41,267 nucleotides of DNA from a virus (lineage: Duplodnaviria; Caudoviricetes): positions 1 through 41,267 of IMG/VR virus record IMGVR_UViG_3300008107_000259. One strand, given 5' to 3'. The notes under the pieces are model-generated. The model saw only the letters and a program-made list of their open reading frames with translations. It was not told the origin of the DNA and searched no databases. The translations under genes and the position numbers were made by a program. Shown here piece after piece: positions 17,584 to 26,492 of this stretch (its first letter is position 1; every line of letters starts with the position of its first letter).

Positions 17584-17931
17584 ATGGGCGAATTAGTAAC
17601 AGGTAAGAATTACCGCACAAACGGCGAATACCGCGCTTTTGACACCAACAATCTTTGGGGTGAAAAGTATCAAAAGCGTCAAAACAACTCAACTGGTTTT
17701 ACATTTACAGCATGTGTTTTTTGCGGGCGCGACACATCAAAGCAAGGCAAATCTCAAGGCGTTTATGTTGGTTGCGGTGGCGCTTTAATTGTTCACCCTA
17801 ACGATTATGAAACATTGGCAATTGACGGCGGTGACATGGGTTGGTTTCCTGTTGGCGCTGAATGTATTAAAGAAGTGCCTGCGGAATTCCGCGCAGGCAA
17901 TCCTTATGATGACAAAGTGAAGGGAGTGTAA
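17584..17931 (+). CDS. Hypothetical protein with a CxxC motif
   Basis: CVFCG...PVGAEC; ATG 2 nt after the upstream stop. Confidence 0.7.
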   Translation: MGELVTGKNYRTNGEYRAFDTNNLWGEKYQKRQNNSTGFTFTACVFCGRDTSKQGKSQGVYVGCGGALIVHPNDYETLAIDGGDMGWFPVGAECIKEVPAEFRAGNPYDDKVKGV

Positions 17932-18159
17932 ATGTTAATTAGAGTAGTTGCGCAGAACAATGCATCAGGTGGCCCGCGTAGGGGTTGGGTGTATGTGGAT
18001 CAGAACGGCGCTTATCTTTCATTCATTGATGAAGGTTATGAAGGTTCGCATGCAATTGAGGAATTTAGAAAAGCAGGCGTAGCGGAAACCATAACTTTGA
18101 ACATTACGCCTAAACAATACAATGATCTCATTAAACGCGAAAGGACATGTTCAGCATGA
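17932..18159 (+). CDS. Hypothetical protein
   Basis: Abuts the upstream stop; SD GGGAG. Confidence 0.7.
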   Translation: MLIRVVAQNNASGGPRRGWVYVDQNGAYLSFIDEGYEGSHAIEEFRKAGVAETITLNITPKQYNDLIKRERTCSA

Positions 18160-18326
18160 AGTTCAAGGTAGAGATGACAGTGGAGTTTAATGATTTTGTA
18201 ATTCCACCAAACAAAAGTCAGTCAATGATCAACGGCATGCAACGCGAGCAAGTAGCGTTTGCATTACAAGATAAATTGGCGGACATGAACCTACAAATTC
18301 ACAATGTCTATAAGCAACGATCCTAG
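18156..18326 (+). CDS. Hypothetical protein (56 aa, not in ORF track)
   Basis: ATGA overlap; SD AAGGA; MKFKVEMTVEF... Confidence 0.6.
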   Translation: MKFKVEMTVEFNDFVIPPNKSQSMINGMQREQVAFALQDKLADMNLQIHNVYKQRS

Positions 18327-18468
18327 TTGCATTTGGTGTGGAACTTTTGGATCACCCGCTAATTTCATAATTGTCCACCAACAAGAAGATGGCAGTTTGT
18401 TATGTGAGTGCGAATGGTGCGCAGGTCACGAATACTTTAGGAGGAAGGCAAGCAATGGCAAAAAGTAG
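18304..18468 (+). CDS. Small zinc-ribbon protein (54 aa, not in ORF track)
   Basis: CIWC...CEWC; fills the gap between two genes. Confidence 0.6.
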   Translation: MSISNDPSCIWCGTFGSPANFIIVHQQEDGSLLCECEWCAGHEYFRRKASNGKK

Positions 18469-18610
18469 AATTACACGCAAAGGCAAAATTGTTTTAGGAG
18501 TTGTATTTGTAATTATAGTTTATTGGCTATACGACATAACAACACCTGATCAATGCAAAGTAGCAATTGAGAACATGTCAGAGTGGTGCAAAGATTTGAG
18601 ATACCCATGA
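18455..18610 (+). CDS. Small membrane protein
   Basis: SD AGGAGG; RITRKGK followed by a TM helix and two Cys. Confidence 0.7.
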   Translation: MAKSRITRKGKIVLGVVFVIIVYWLYDITTPDQCKVAIENMSEWCKDLRYP

Positions 18611-18813
18611 CACCTGAAGAAGTAATTAAAAATCATTTAGAGCCGCTTCAAGATGTTTTAACAACATGGATTGAAGGGCCTTACATAGAAAAGATGTTGA
18701 GCGAGCCTGCCACGCGTGAGCGTTACATAGGTTTTGTAGAAGGCATCAGATTGAGCAGGGCAAATGTAATTCAAGCAATTATTAACTTAACACCCCAGGA
18801 GGAAGAAGAATGA
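18607..18813 (+). CDS. Hypothetical protein
   Basis: ATGA overlap with the upstream gene. Confidence 0.65.
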   Translation: MTPEEVIKNHLEPLQDVLTTWIEGPYIEKMLSEPATRERYIGFVEGIRLSRANVIQAIINLTPQEEEE

Positions 18814-18893
18814 TGTTTATGTTGAGCGTAATTATTGTGACCCTTTTGGGCGTTGTAATCAGTGAGATTTGTTATAAAATAGAGCAGTCCTAA
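18810..18893 (+). CDS. 27-aa hydrophobic peptide
   Basis: SD AGGAGG; ATGA overlap; MMFMLSVIIVTLLGVVISEICYKIEQS. Confidence 0.5.
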   Translation: MMFMLSVIIVTLLGVVISEICYKIEQS

Positions 18894-18917
18894 AAATAAC
18901 CTGAAAGGGGTAAAGAA

Positions 18918-19007
18918 ATGGACAGTTTAGTTAATCGTTGTTTATGCGGTAGTTGGGTTTACGGTACTGCCGTTTGCGAAGTGTGTAGAAAGTTGGCGAA
19001 AGGCTAA
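18918..19007 (+). CDS. 29-aa Cys-rich peptide
   Basis: SD GAAAGGGG; CLC...CEVC. Confidence 0.5.
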   Translation: MDSLVNRCLCGSWVYGTAVCEVCRKLAKG

Positions 19008-19010
19008 AGC

Positions 19011-19436
19011 CTGAAGCGTCTAACACAAATCCTTTTAAGCGCCGCATTAGCGGTAGGAATTGTGTTTGCTTCACCTGCGGCGGCTCAAGCACCAAAAATA
19101 CAGTTGCATCAAATGCCGCCAAAAGTCATAGCACTTGAAATGGTGAAGAAGAATTACCCTGATCATAAGAGGCAGTTCGCCTGCCTGGAACAATTGATCT
19201 ACAAAGAGAGCGGGTGGCGCGTTAATGCGCTTAATCGTTCATCAGGGGCGTTTGGGCTGTTTCAATTTTTGCCGTCCACATGGAAAAATTACAAGTACCC
19301 TTACATGCCCAAAGATGCTTACACGCAAATCAAGGCTGGCTTGCGTTATGTGTACAAGCGTTATTCCACACCTTGCGGGGCGTGGGAGTTTTGGAAAAAA
19401 CAGGCTGGGCCTGACTTACATGGAGGTTGGTATTGA
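19011..19436 (+). CDS. Secreted lytic transglycosylase (SLT/lysozyme-like), probable CTG start
   Basis: KESGW (catalytic Glu), GAFGLFQ and GLRYVYKRYSTPC motifs; in-frame signal peptide from CTG 19011. Confidence 0.85.
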   Translation: MKRLTQILLSAALAVGIVFASPAAAQAPKIQLHQMPPKVIALEMVKKNYPDHKRQFACLEQLIYKESGWRVNALNRSSGAFGLFQFLPSTWKNYKYPYMPKDAYTQIKAGLRYVYKRYSTPCGAWEFWKKQAGPDLHGGWY

Positions 19437-19531
19437 TGAGTACAGCATCACCTTTTGGCCTGCCGTTACGCGTTGATCTTCCTACGGTAGATCCTACTGA
19501 ATGGGAAGATGAAGAAGAAGATGGCGATTGA
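19436..19531 (+). CDS. 31-aa acidic peptide
   Basis: SD GGAGG; TGATG coupling; ends EWEDEEEDGD. Confidence 0.5.
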   Translation: MSTASPFGLPLRVDLPTVDPTEWEDEEEDGD

Positions 19532-19862
19532 TAAGAAAGTTGTTGCTACCGTAATTAACAGGGCTAATGGCTACTGCGAAGTATGCGGTGGCCCTGGCTT
19601 GCCTGAGAACATGGCCCTGCATCACCGCAAACTTAAATCCCGCGGCGGCAAAGACACCGTTTCAAATTTAATCCTGATCCATCACAGTTGCCATAATTTA
19701 AAAACCGATAGTATTCACCTCAAGCCTGCAAGCGCAGAGCAAAAGGGTTGGATTGTGCCATCTTACAAAGAGCCGCATGAATTTCCTTTTGTGAAGCCTG
19801 ATGGTTCAATTGTATTACTACAAGATGACGGCACTGAGGCCGTAATGATGGAAGGTGATTGA
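19521..19862 (+). CDS. HNH endonuclease
   Basis: CEVC...HHRKLKSRGG...NL...HHSCH. Confidence 0.85.
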   Translation: MAIDKKVVATVINRANGYCEVCGGPGLPENMALHHRKLKSRGGKDTVSNLILIHHSCHNLKTDSIHLKPASAEQKGWIVPSYKEPHEFPFVKPDGSIVLLQDDGTEAVMMEGD

Positions 19863-20215
19863 TGAACATAAGCGTAAAAGGTAATTTAGGCAATGACCCT
19901 GACCTAAAATTTTCAAAGAACAACACAGCGTATTGTAATTTTTCATTGGCCTACACACCGCGCAAGCAAGTAAATGGTGAGTGGCAAGATGGCGAAACAA
20001 TGTGGTTCAAGGTTGTTGCATTTGGTACAAAGGCTGAAGCCGTTGCAGACACATTTAAAAAAGGTGACACTGTTTTAGTTACTGGTGAGATGGCACAAAG
20101 CACATACACCGACAAAGAAGGCAATGAAAAAACATCAATGGAAATTACAGCAAGAGAAATTGGCTTAGTTCCTAGACTGGGCAAGCCTAAGACACAGGAG
20201 GCCGCACCGTGGTAG
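19862..20215 (+). CDS. ssb: Single-stranded DNA-binding protein
   Basis: GNLGNDPDLKF, WFKVVAFG and KGDTVLVTG OB-fold motifs; ends in PW. Confidence 0.92.
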   Translation: MNISVKGNLGNDPDLKFSKNNTAYCNFSLAYTPRKQVNGEWQDGETMWFKVVAFGTKAEAVADTFKKGDTVLVTGEMAQSTYTDKEGNEKTSMEITAREIGLVPRLGKPKTQEAAPW

Positions 20216-20394
20216 AAAATCTAATGAGCGCCGCTGAAGTATGCGAGCGTTTGGGAATTACATTAAACAATTTGCGACAGATCCAACACCGCAAGACGCT
20301 TACATGGGTGCAGAAGTCAGGCCGTAATGTGTTCTATACAAAAGAAGATGTTGAGAACTACTTTTTAAAGCGCCAGGAGCGTAATCAAGGCTAA
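20209..20394 (+). CDS. Excisionase/MerR-like HTH protein
   Basis: MSAAEVCERLGIT...GRNVFYTKEDV. Confidence 0.75.
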   Translation: MVENLMSAAEVCERLGITLNNLRQIQHRKTLTWVQKSGRNVFYTKEDVENYFLKRQERNQG

Positions 20395-20403
20395 CATCTT
20401 CAT

Positions 20404-20595
20404 GTGATCGTCATAGAAGAAGAAGTGACATTGGCTCAGATAGATGAATGTCTGAGCCATGTTCACGCCATGCTTAAAACTGATGAATACGGAAACCGCA
20501 TGGATTGGCGCAAAAAAGAAATGCTTACAGAACAATTAGATGAATTGCTTGATGCTCGTATCAACTTAGTAAAGACAGGTAAAGCCCATGAGTGA
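20404..20595 (+). CDS. Hypothetical protein
   Basis: TAACAT 6 nt before the GTG start (leaderless); LDELLDAR motif. Confidence 0.6.
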   Translation: MIVIEEEVTLAQIDECLSHVHAMLKTDEYGNRMDWRKKEMLTEQLDELLDARINLVKTGKAHE

Positions 20596-20725
20596 CATTG
20601 AAGCAATCCTTGATGACATTCTTAGCCGTCAGGCATGCCAAATCTGCAAGGGGCAAAGACTTCTCCCATCAGATGAAGATTGCTTTTGCGTAGATAACAA
20701 GTGTGAGTGTGTGAGTTGTAAATGA
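20588..20725 (+). CDS. 45-aa protein with 7 Cys (not in ORF track)
   Basis: CQIC...CFC...CECVSC; overlaps both neighbours. Confidence 0.6.
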   Translation: MSDIEAILDDILSRQACQICKGQRLLPSDEDCFCVDNKCECVSCK

Positions 20726-20811
20726 ACAACACACCGTTTGATGGCGTAATCCTTTTTATTGTTTTAAGCCTGTTTATTGCGGTAGTTGCAATGGCGCTAG
20801 GAGTTAGATAA
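20722..20811 (+). CDS. 29-aa single-TM peptide
   Basis: ATGA overlap; MNNTPFDGVILFIVLSLFIAVVAMALGVR. Confidence 0.5.
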   Translation: MNNTPFDGVILFIVLSLFIAVVAMALGVR

Positions 20812-20882
20812 GTTACGCAAGTGAGAAGATCTCACAACTTCACACTAGGGAAACATAAGTACCTAGTGAGAGTGCTGGACAC

Positions 20883-20919
20883 AGCCCACATTCTTAATTG
20901 AGTGTGGGTTTTGTTCTTT
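20883..20919 (+). terminator. Intrinsic terminator ending the early/middle operon
   Basis: AGCCCACATTC/GAGTGTGGGTT stem followed by TTGTTCTTT. Confidence 0.75.
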
Positions 20920-20923
20920 CAAT

Positions 20924-20952
20924 TTGCAGGAAACTTTTTATCAGTTTAAAGT
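20924..20952 (+). promoter_or_regulatory. Promoter of the terminase operon
   Basis: TTGCAG-N17-TAAAGT, 9 nt before an ATG that lacks an SD. Confidence 0.6.
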
Positions 20953-20961
20953 GAACACATT

Positions 20962-21459
20962 ATGGTAGAAAATACGCAGGAATTAGTAGAAAAAGAGACA
21001 ACCATAATTGAGTTGCGCCAGGAAGGTTATGTATGGCGTGAAATAGCGGTTATGGTGGACATGAGCATTGCTGGTGTCTCTAAGGCATACAAGCGCGCTC
21101 TAACGCGTCACCCGCATGCCACGATAGATGAACACCGCGAACTTGAATTAAACCGTTTAGACACCTTACAGCGCACCTATTGGAAAATGGCGGTAGAGGG
21201 TAATCTGCGAGCGGCTGAATTTGTTTTGCGTGTAATTGATAAGCGCGCAAAGTTGCTGGGATTAGAAGCACCATTGAAGGTACAAGCAGAGGTGGTTACT
21301 TATGACGGATCAGACCTGGACAGAGAAGTTGAACGAGTCGCAAGAATTATTGAAGCCTCAACAATTGGAGGGGTTGCAACCATCACTGAACTCACGGATA
21401 ACCGCGAGCCGCTGGGTATGGAAGAACAAACTGGCGCGGAAGGAACAATTACCCCCTGA
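20962..21459 (+). CDS. Terminase small subunit
   Basis: N-terminal HTH; RLDTL...DKRAKLLGL motif; directly upstream of terL. Confidence 0.75.
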   Translation: MVENTQELVEKETTIIELRQEGYVWREIAVMVDMSIAGVSKAYKRALTRHPHATIDEHRELELNRLDTLQRTYWKMAVEGNLRAAEFVLRVIDKRAKLLGLEAPLKVQAEVVTYDGSDLDREVERVARIIEASTIGGVATITELTDNREPLGMEEQTGAEGTITP

Positions 21460-22723
21460 CGGTGATTGGAACATTTGGCTTGCAATGGCAGGCCGCGGAT
21501 TTGGCAAAACAAGATTAGGCGCTGAAGAAATTGCGTGGCAAGCGATCATGCAACCTGCAACCAGGTGGGCAGTAGTTGCTCCTACTTTCTCAGATGCTAG
21601 AGATACATGTGCAGAGGGTGAGTCAGGCATTGTCGCAGTGCTACAGCGTTACAAAATGCTTGCAAATTACAACCGTTCTATTGGTGAGATCCTTTTAAAA
21701 AACGGTAGCCGCATCAAACTATTTTCCGCTGATAACCCTGAGCGTTTCCGTGGCCCGCAACATCATGGCGCTTGGTGTGATGAATTAGGTGCATGGCGCT
21801 ATCAAGATGCCTGGGATCAGTTGCAGTTTGGCCTACGCCTGGGTAAAAAGCCGCGGGTCATTGTTACTACTACGCCCCGCTCTACAGCCCTGATACGCAT
21901 GCTTGCAGGCCGTACAGATGGCTCAGTAGTAATCACCAGGGGATCTACATTTGATAACGCCGCAAACCTAGCCCCTAGCGCATTGATGGAATTACAAGCC
22001 CGCTACAACGGAACACGATTAGGCCGCCAGGAACTTTATGGAGAAATCCTTGATGATGTTGAAGGCGCATTGTGGACTAGAGGCTTGATTGATCGCACAC
22101 GCATAGACAAAGCCCCAACTATGGCGCGCATTGTTGTAAGCGTTGATCCTGCCGTAACTAACAGTGAGAAGTCAGATGAAACAGGAATTGTTGTTGTTGG
22201 ATCTACCGCAGATGGCCAGGGTTATGTAATGGGAGATTACTCATTTAGAGGTTCACCGTTACAGTGGGCTACAAAGGCAGTAGAACTATTTGATGCGTAC
22301 AAAGCAGATGCGGTTTTGGTGGAAGTAAACCAGGGCGGTGACATGGTGAGTGCGGTGTTGAAGCAGGTACGGCCTACTTTGCCAATCAGAGAAGTGCGAG
22401 CGCATGTTGGTAAGAGATTACGCGCTGAACCTGTAGCGGCTATGTATGAGCAGGGGCGTATTCACCACATTGGAGAGTTTGCAGAGTTAGAAGATCAGAT
22501 GTGTACCTGGACAGTAGATGAACCAAATTCACCTGACCGCATTGATGCAATGGTGCAGGGCTTTAGCGATTTGTTAGGAAAAGTTACAGTCAGTAATTAC
22601 TTTAACGCTATTGCTAATCATTGCCCTAAGTGCGGCTTGCCAATGCCTAAACAATTTACTCATTGCGCTTCATGTAATACCGCTATGATTAGCGCAAAAT
22701 CAGAAGTGGCGCAGGGAGCATAA
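21302..22723 (+). CDS. terL: Terminase large subunit
   Basis: Walker A AGRGFGKT, Walker B WCDE, TTTP coupling motif, nuclease VSVDPA...SPDRIDA; start uncertain. Confidence 0.95.
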   Translation: MTDQTWTEKLNESQELLKPQQLEGLQPSLNSRITASRWVWKNKLARKEQLPPDGDWNIWLAMAGRGFGKTRLGAEEIAWQAIMQPATRWAVVAPTFSDARDTCAEGESGIVAVLQRYKMLANYNRSIGEILLKNGSRIKLFSADNPERFRGPQHHGAWCDELGAWRYQDAWDQLQFGLRLGKKPRVIVTTTPRSTALIRMLAGRTDGSVVITRGSTFDNAANLAPSALMELQARYNGTRLGRQELYGEILDDVEGALWTRGLIDRTRIDKAPTMARIVVSVDPAVTNSEKSDETGIVVVGSTADGQGYVMGDYSFRGSPLQWATKAVELFDAYKADAVLVEVNQGGDMVSAVLKQVRPTLPIREVRAHVGKRLRAEPVAAMYEQGRIHHIGEFAELEDQMCTWTVDEPNSPDRIDAMVQGFSDLLGKVTVSNYFNAIANHCPKCGLPMPKQFTHCASCNTAMISAKSEVAQGA

Positions 22724-22725
22724 TT

Positions 22726-23271
22726 ATGGCTGTTGTTTACAACCTGGGAATGGATCAAGGCGCTGACTGGGATCTTAATGTTGTTTACAAGCAACCTGCA
22801 TCAATCACAAATGTAGTAGGCAATGGAACAACCGTTACTTACACAGCGGCTAATTCATTTACCGCAGGGCAAACAGTTTCTATTGATCAAGTCATGCCGT
22901 ACATTTACAATCTTCAGAATGTAACAATTGCAACAGCAAACGCCACACAGTTCACAGTGACAAATGGCGCAACAGGCACATACATTTCAGGCGGACTAGC
23001 AACAGCGCCAATTAACATCACGGGATACACAGCGCAGATGCAAATGCGATCAAGTGCAACAAGCCCAACAGCGGTTTTAACTCTTACAACTCAAAACGGT
23101 GGCATTACTTTGACTGGCGCAACAGGCAACATTGCTTTGCATGCAACAGCAACACAAACAGGCGCTATCAATGAAGGCCCTTATGACTATGACATTGAAC
23201 TTTATTCAGGGGCGAGCGTTATCCGCGTTGTTCAAGGTCAGGTGGAAGTTTCTGCGCAGGTGACTAGATAA
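22726..23271 (+). CDS. Virion structural protein (Ig-like fibre adaptor with internal insertion)
   Basis: DQGA...[14 protein letters not shown]...YDIEL...G.V.VS..VTR pattern; coupled to the collagen gene. Confidence 0.6.
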   Translation: MAVVYNLGMDQGADWDLNVVYKQPASITNVVGNGTTVTYTAANSFTAGQTVSIDQVMPYIYNLQNVTIATANATQFTVTNGATGTYISGGLATAPINITGYTAQMQMRSSATSPTAVLTLTTQNGGITLTGATGNIALHATATQTGAINEGPYDYDIELYSGASVIRVVQGQVEVSAQVTR

Positions 23272-26150
23272 TGTGTACCTATTGCGGCTGTAATGCAGTC
23301 ATTATCAAGCCTGTTATTCCAACAATCAATGTAACTACACCTGGCCCTATTGGTATTCAGGGCGTTCAAGGATTGATGGGAACTGGCGTTACTATTCTTG
23401 GTTCTTATCCAACTTATGCCGCACTTGTTGCCGCACACCCAACAGGCAATGTTGGTGATGGTTACATTGTTGATCAAGATGGTGATTTGTATGTATGGAG
23501 CGCAACAACTAATAGTTGGCAGAATGTCGGTCAGATTGTTGGCCCACAAGGAACACAAGGATTAATCGGATCACAGGGTGTTCAGGGAACTGTTGGTATT
23601 CAAGGCACACAAGGTTTGCAAGGTGTTATTGGCGCACAAGGAACTCAAGGAGTTCAAGGTGTGCAAGGTACAGAAGGTTTACAGGGCTTAGAAGGTTTGC
23701 AAGGAACGCAGGGTGTGCAGGGAGTACAAGGCGCTCAAGGCACTCAAGGCATAACTGGTATTCAAGGCGCACAAGGTATTCAAGGAACTCAAGGTGTTCA
23801 GGGCTTGCAGGGTGTGCAGGGAACACAAGGTACACAGGGCATACAAGGCACAAACGGAACTCAAGGAATTACAGGAGCGCAAGGAATTGAAGGCGCTCAA
23901 GGTCAAACAGGAGCGCAAGGTTTTGACGGTATTCAGGGAACAGTTGGCGCACAAGGTGCAGAAGGTATGCAAGGCGCTACTGGCACACAAGGTTTAATTG
24001 GCGCTCAAGGAATTACTGGTGTGCAGGGTTTAACTGGCATACAAGGTTCAACAGGAACACAAGGTTTTGATGGAACTCAGGGCATTACTGGTACACAGGG
24101 TGTGCAAGGAACTGAAGGCATACAAGGTGTTGTTGGATCACAAGGAACAACGGGCGCACAAGGTACACAGGGTGTTCAAGGTGTGCAGGGTGTTCAGGGT
24201 ACAGATGGAATTCAAGGAACTATTGGTGCGCAAGGCGTAGAAGGTTTACAAGGTGTAACTGGTAGCCAGGGAATTACAGGATCACAAGGCACACAAGGAG
24301 TTCAGGGTGTGCAAGGTATAACAGGTGTGCAAGGTACTGATGGACTTCAGGGAATTACTGGCGCGCAGGGAACAACTGGACAAACTGGTTCACAAGGCGT
24401 TCAAGGAATTCAAGGCGTTACTGGAATTCAAGGTACACAAGGTGTTCAGGGTGTTACTGGATCTCAAGGTGTAGATGGTGCGCAAGGAACAACTGGATCT
24501 CAGGGAATTCAAGGCGTTCAAGGCACTAATGGATTGCAAGGTTTAACAGGAGCGCAGGGAACACAAGGCACTCAAGGAATTATTGGAAGCCAGGGTGCAA
24601 CAGGTACTCAAGGCGTTCAAGGTATTACAGGAATTCAAGGCACTGTTGGCTCTCAAGGCACACAGGGTATTCAAGGCATCACAGGTAGCCAGGGCGTTCA
24701 GGGCATCACGGGTATTCAGGGTGTTCAAGGTAATACTGGTGCAAGCGGTACATCATCATCTATTTTTGAGTATCAAACAGACACTACAACTCAAACACCT
24801 GTACCTACCGCTGGCAGAATTATTTGGAATAACACCACACAAATTTCTGCAACAAACATTTACATTTCCCACTTAACAGATTTTAATGTGGACATTGATG
24901 TTTTATTAGGAAACATTAAAGACGGTGACATTTTCTTCATTCAAGATAGAACTAACTCTGATAACTATCAAGAATGGGAAGTAAACGGCACACCAACTTA
25001 TGTAACTAATAGTTACTTCACTTTTCCTGTAACACTTTTAGCATCAGGTGGAACAGGTACAACAGGGTTTGCAAATAACCACAACATTTCTCTTATTACT
25101 CAAAGCGTTGGTATTCAAGGAGTTACAGGTGCGCAAGGTACAACTGGCGCGCAAGGTACTCAAGGTTTACAAGGCAACCAGGGTACAAATGGGCTACAGG
25201 GTTTAACTGGATCACAGGGAACTACAGGATTAACTGGATCTCAAGGAACTCAGGGCGTTCAGGGAACTAATGGCTCTCAAGGTACTAACGGCACACAAGG
25301 CCTTACAGGTTTGCAAGGATTTACAGGCTCTCAAGGATTAACTGGAATTCAAGGCTCTCAAGGAACTCAGGGCCTTATTGGTGTTCAGGGAAATACAGGC
25401 ACAACAGGTGCGACAGGTGCAACGGGATCACAAGGCACTACAGGTACAACGGGTGCGACAGGTTCACAAGGTACTCAGGGAATTCAGGGCATAACTGGCC
25501 TACAAGGTTTGACGGGCTTGCAAGGCACAACTGGTGCAACTGGTGCAACTGGTGCAACTGGATCGCAGGGAACTACTGGCGCAACTGGCGCTACTGGATC
25601 TCAAGGTACGCAAGGAATTCAAGGCAACCAGGGAACTACAGGAATTCAAGGTTTAACTGGATCTCAAGGTATTCAAGGCCGACAAGGAACTACTGGTACT
25701 ACTGGCGCTACAGGATCTCAAGGAACTACTGGTACTACTGGTGCAACAGGTGCAACAGGCGCTCAGGGAGCAACAGGAACTCAGGGATTAACTGGAATTC
25801 AAGGAACAACTGGATCTACAGGAGCAACAGGTTCTCAAGGTACAACTGGAACACAGGGATTAACTGGATCTACGGGTGCGCAAGGCACAACTGGTGCTAC
25901 AGGTATTCAAGGTGCAACGGGAACACAGGGAACAACTGGATCTCAAGGAATTCAAGGCCGACAAGGTACTACTGGAATTCAAGGAACAACAGGTACTCAG
26001 GGAACACAAGGAACACAAGGTTTGCTTGGTTTACAGGGTATTCAGGGAACACAAAGCACACAAGGTACAACTGGTATTCAGGGTGTTCAGGGTACAATCG
26101 GTGCAAGCGCAACAGCATTGCCTGACATTTTAATGCTCGGTGGAATGTAA
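23271..26150 (+). CDS. Collagen-like fibre protein
   Basis: Two Gly-X-Y tracts (23541-24755, about 135 triplets; 25110-26108, about 111 triplets) separated by a globular domain. Confidence 0.9.
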   Translation: MCTYCGCNAVIIKPVIPTINVTTPGPIGIQGVQGLMGTGVTILGSYPTYAALVAAHPTGNVGDGYIVDQDGDLYVWSATTNSWQNVGQIVGPQGTQGLIGSQGVQGTVGIQGTQGLQGVIGAQGTQGVQGVQGTEGLQGLEGLQGTQGVQGVQGAQGTQGITGIQGAQGIQGTQGVQGLQGVQGTQGTQGIQGTNGTQGITGAQGIEGAQGQTGAQGFDGIQGTVGAQGAEGMQGATGTQGLIGAQGITGVQGLTGIQGSTGTQGFDGTQGITGTQGVQGTEGIQGVVGSQGTTGAQGTQGVQGVQGVQGTDGIQGTIGAQGVEGLQGVTGSQGITGSQGTQGVQGVQGITGVQGTDGLQGITGAQGTTGQTGSQGVQGIQGVTGIQGTQGVQGVTGSQGVDGAQGTTGSQGIQGVQGTNGLQGLTGAQGTQGTQGIIGSQGATGTQGVQGITGIQGTVGSQGTQGIQGITGSQGVQGITGIQGVQGNTGASGTSSSIFEYQTDTTTQTPVPTAGRIIWNNTTQISATNIYISHLTDFNVDIDVLLGNIKDGDIFFIQDRTNSDNYQEWEVNGTPTYVTNSYFTFPVTLLASGGTGTTGFANNHNISLITQSVGIQGVTGAQGTTGAQGTQGLQGNQGTNGLQGLTGSQGTTGLTGSQGTQGVQGTNGSQGTNGTQGLTGLQGFTGSQGLTGIQGSQGTQGLIGVQGNTGTTGATGATGSQGTTGTTGATGSQGTQGIQGITGLQGLTGLQGTTGATGATGATGSQGTTGATGATGSQGTQGIQGNQGTTGIQGLTGSQGIQGRQGTTGTTGATGSQGTTGTTGATGATGAQGATGTQGLTGIQGTTGSTGATGSQGTTGTQGLTGSTGAQGTTGATGIQGATGTQGTTGSQGIQGRQGTTGIQGTTGTQGTQGTQGLLGLQGIQGTQSTQGTTGIQGVQGTIGASATALPDILMLGGM

Positions 26151-26162
26151 AAAGGGAGAATA

Positions 26163-26492
26163 ATGCCAACAAATTACAAAGTATTAGGACAGTTAGCACC
26201 ATCTGCGGCTACTGCTTCTACTCTTTACACCGTTCCTGCCGCAACACAAACGATTGTTTCAACCATCAATGTTGTAAACACTGGTGGAGCATCAGACACA
26301 GTGCGTATTGCTGTTCGCCCCGCAGGTGCAACTCTTTCTATTGAAGATTACATTGTTTACAATCTTAGCCTTAGCACAACTGCCACTTTTACATACACAA
26401 GTGGTGTAACTTTGGGGGCAACAGATGTTGTTACAGTTTATTCACAAAACGGCACATGTTCATTTAACGCATTTGGAAGCGAGATCTCATAA
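26163..26492 (+). CDS. Small beta-rich virion/fibre protein
   Basis: YKVLGQ...TLYTVP...FGSEIS; SD GGGAG. Confidence 0.6.
   Translation: MPTNYKVLGQLAPSAATASTLYTVPAATQTIVSTINVVNTGGASDTVRIAVRPAGATLSIEDYIVYNLSLSTTATFTYTSGVTLGATDVVTVYSQNGTCSFNAFGSEIS

Noticed and set aside
19005-19007. Stop-codon reassignment suggested by the in-frame TAA before the transglycosylase
   Set aside because: TAA, TGA and TAG all terminate genes normally elsewhere and no suppressor tRNA was seen; a CTG start explains the layout.
19521-19862. HNH as a mobile homing endonuclease or intron
   Set aside because: It does not interrupt a gene and is coupled to its neighbours like an ordinary operon member.
20209-20394. Excisionase implying a temperate lifestyle
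   Set aside because: No integrase, attP or partition genes recognised; this HTH class is common in lytic phages.
20820-20836. Second CRP site AGTGA-N7-TCACA
   Set aside because: The spacer is 7 nt rather than 6; better explained as a hairpin.
23541-26108. Collagen DNA repeats as a CRISPR array or satellite
   Set aside because: Degenerate codon-level periodicity with no repeat-spacer structure.
23516-26202. Alternative-frame and antisense ORFs inside the collagen gene
   Set aside because: By-products of the 9-nt periodic repeat; no SD and no protein-like composition.
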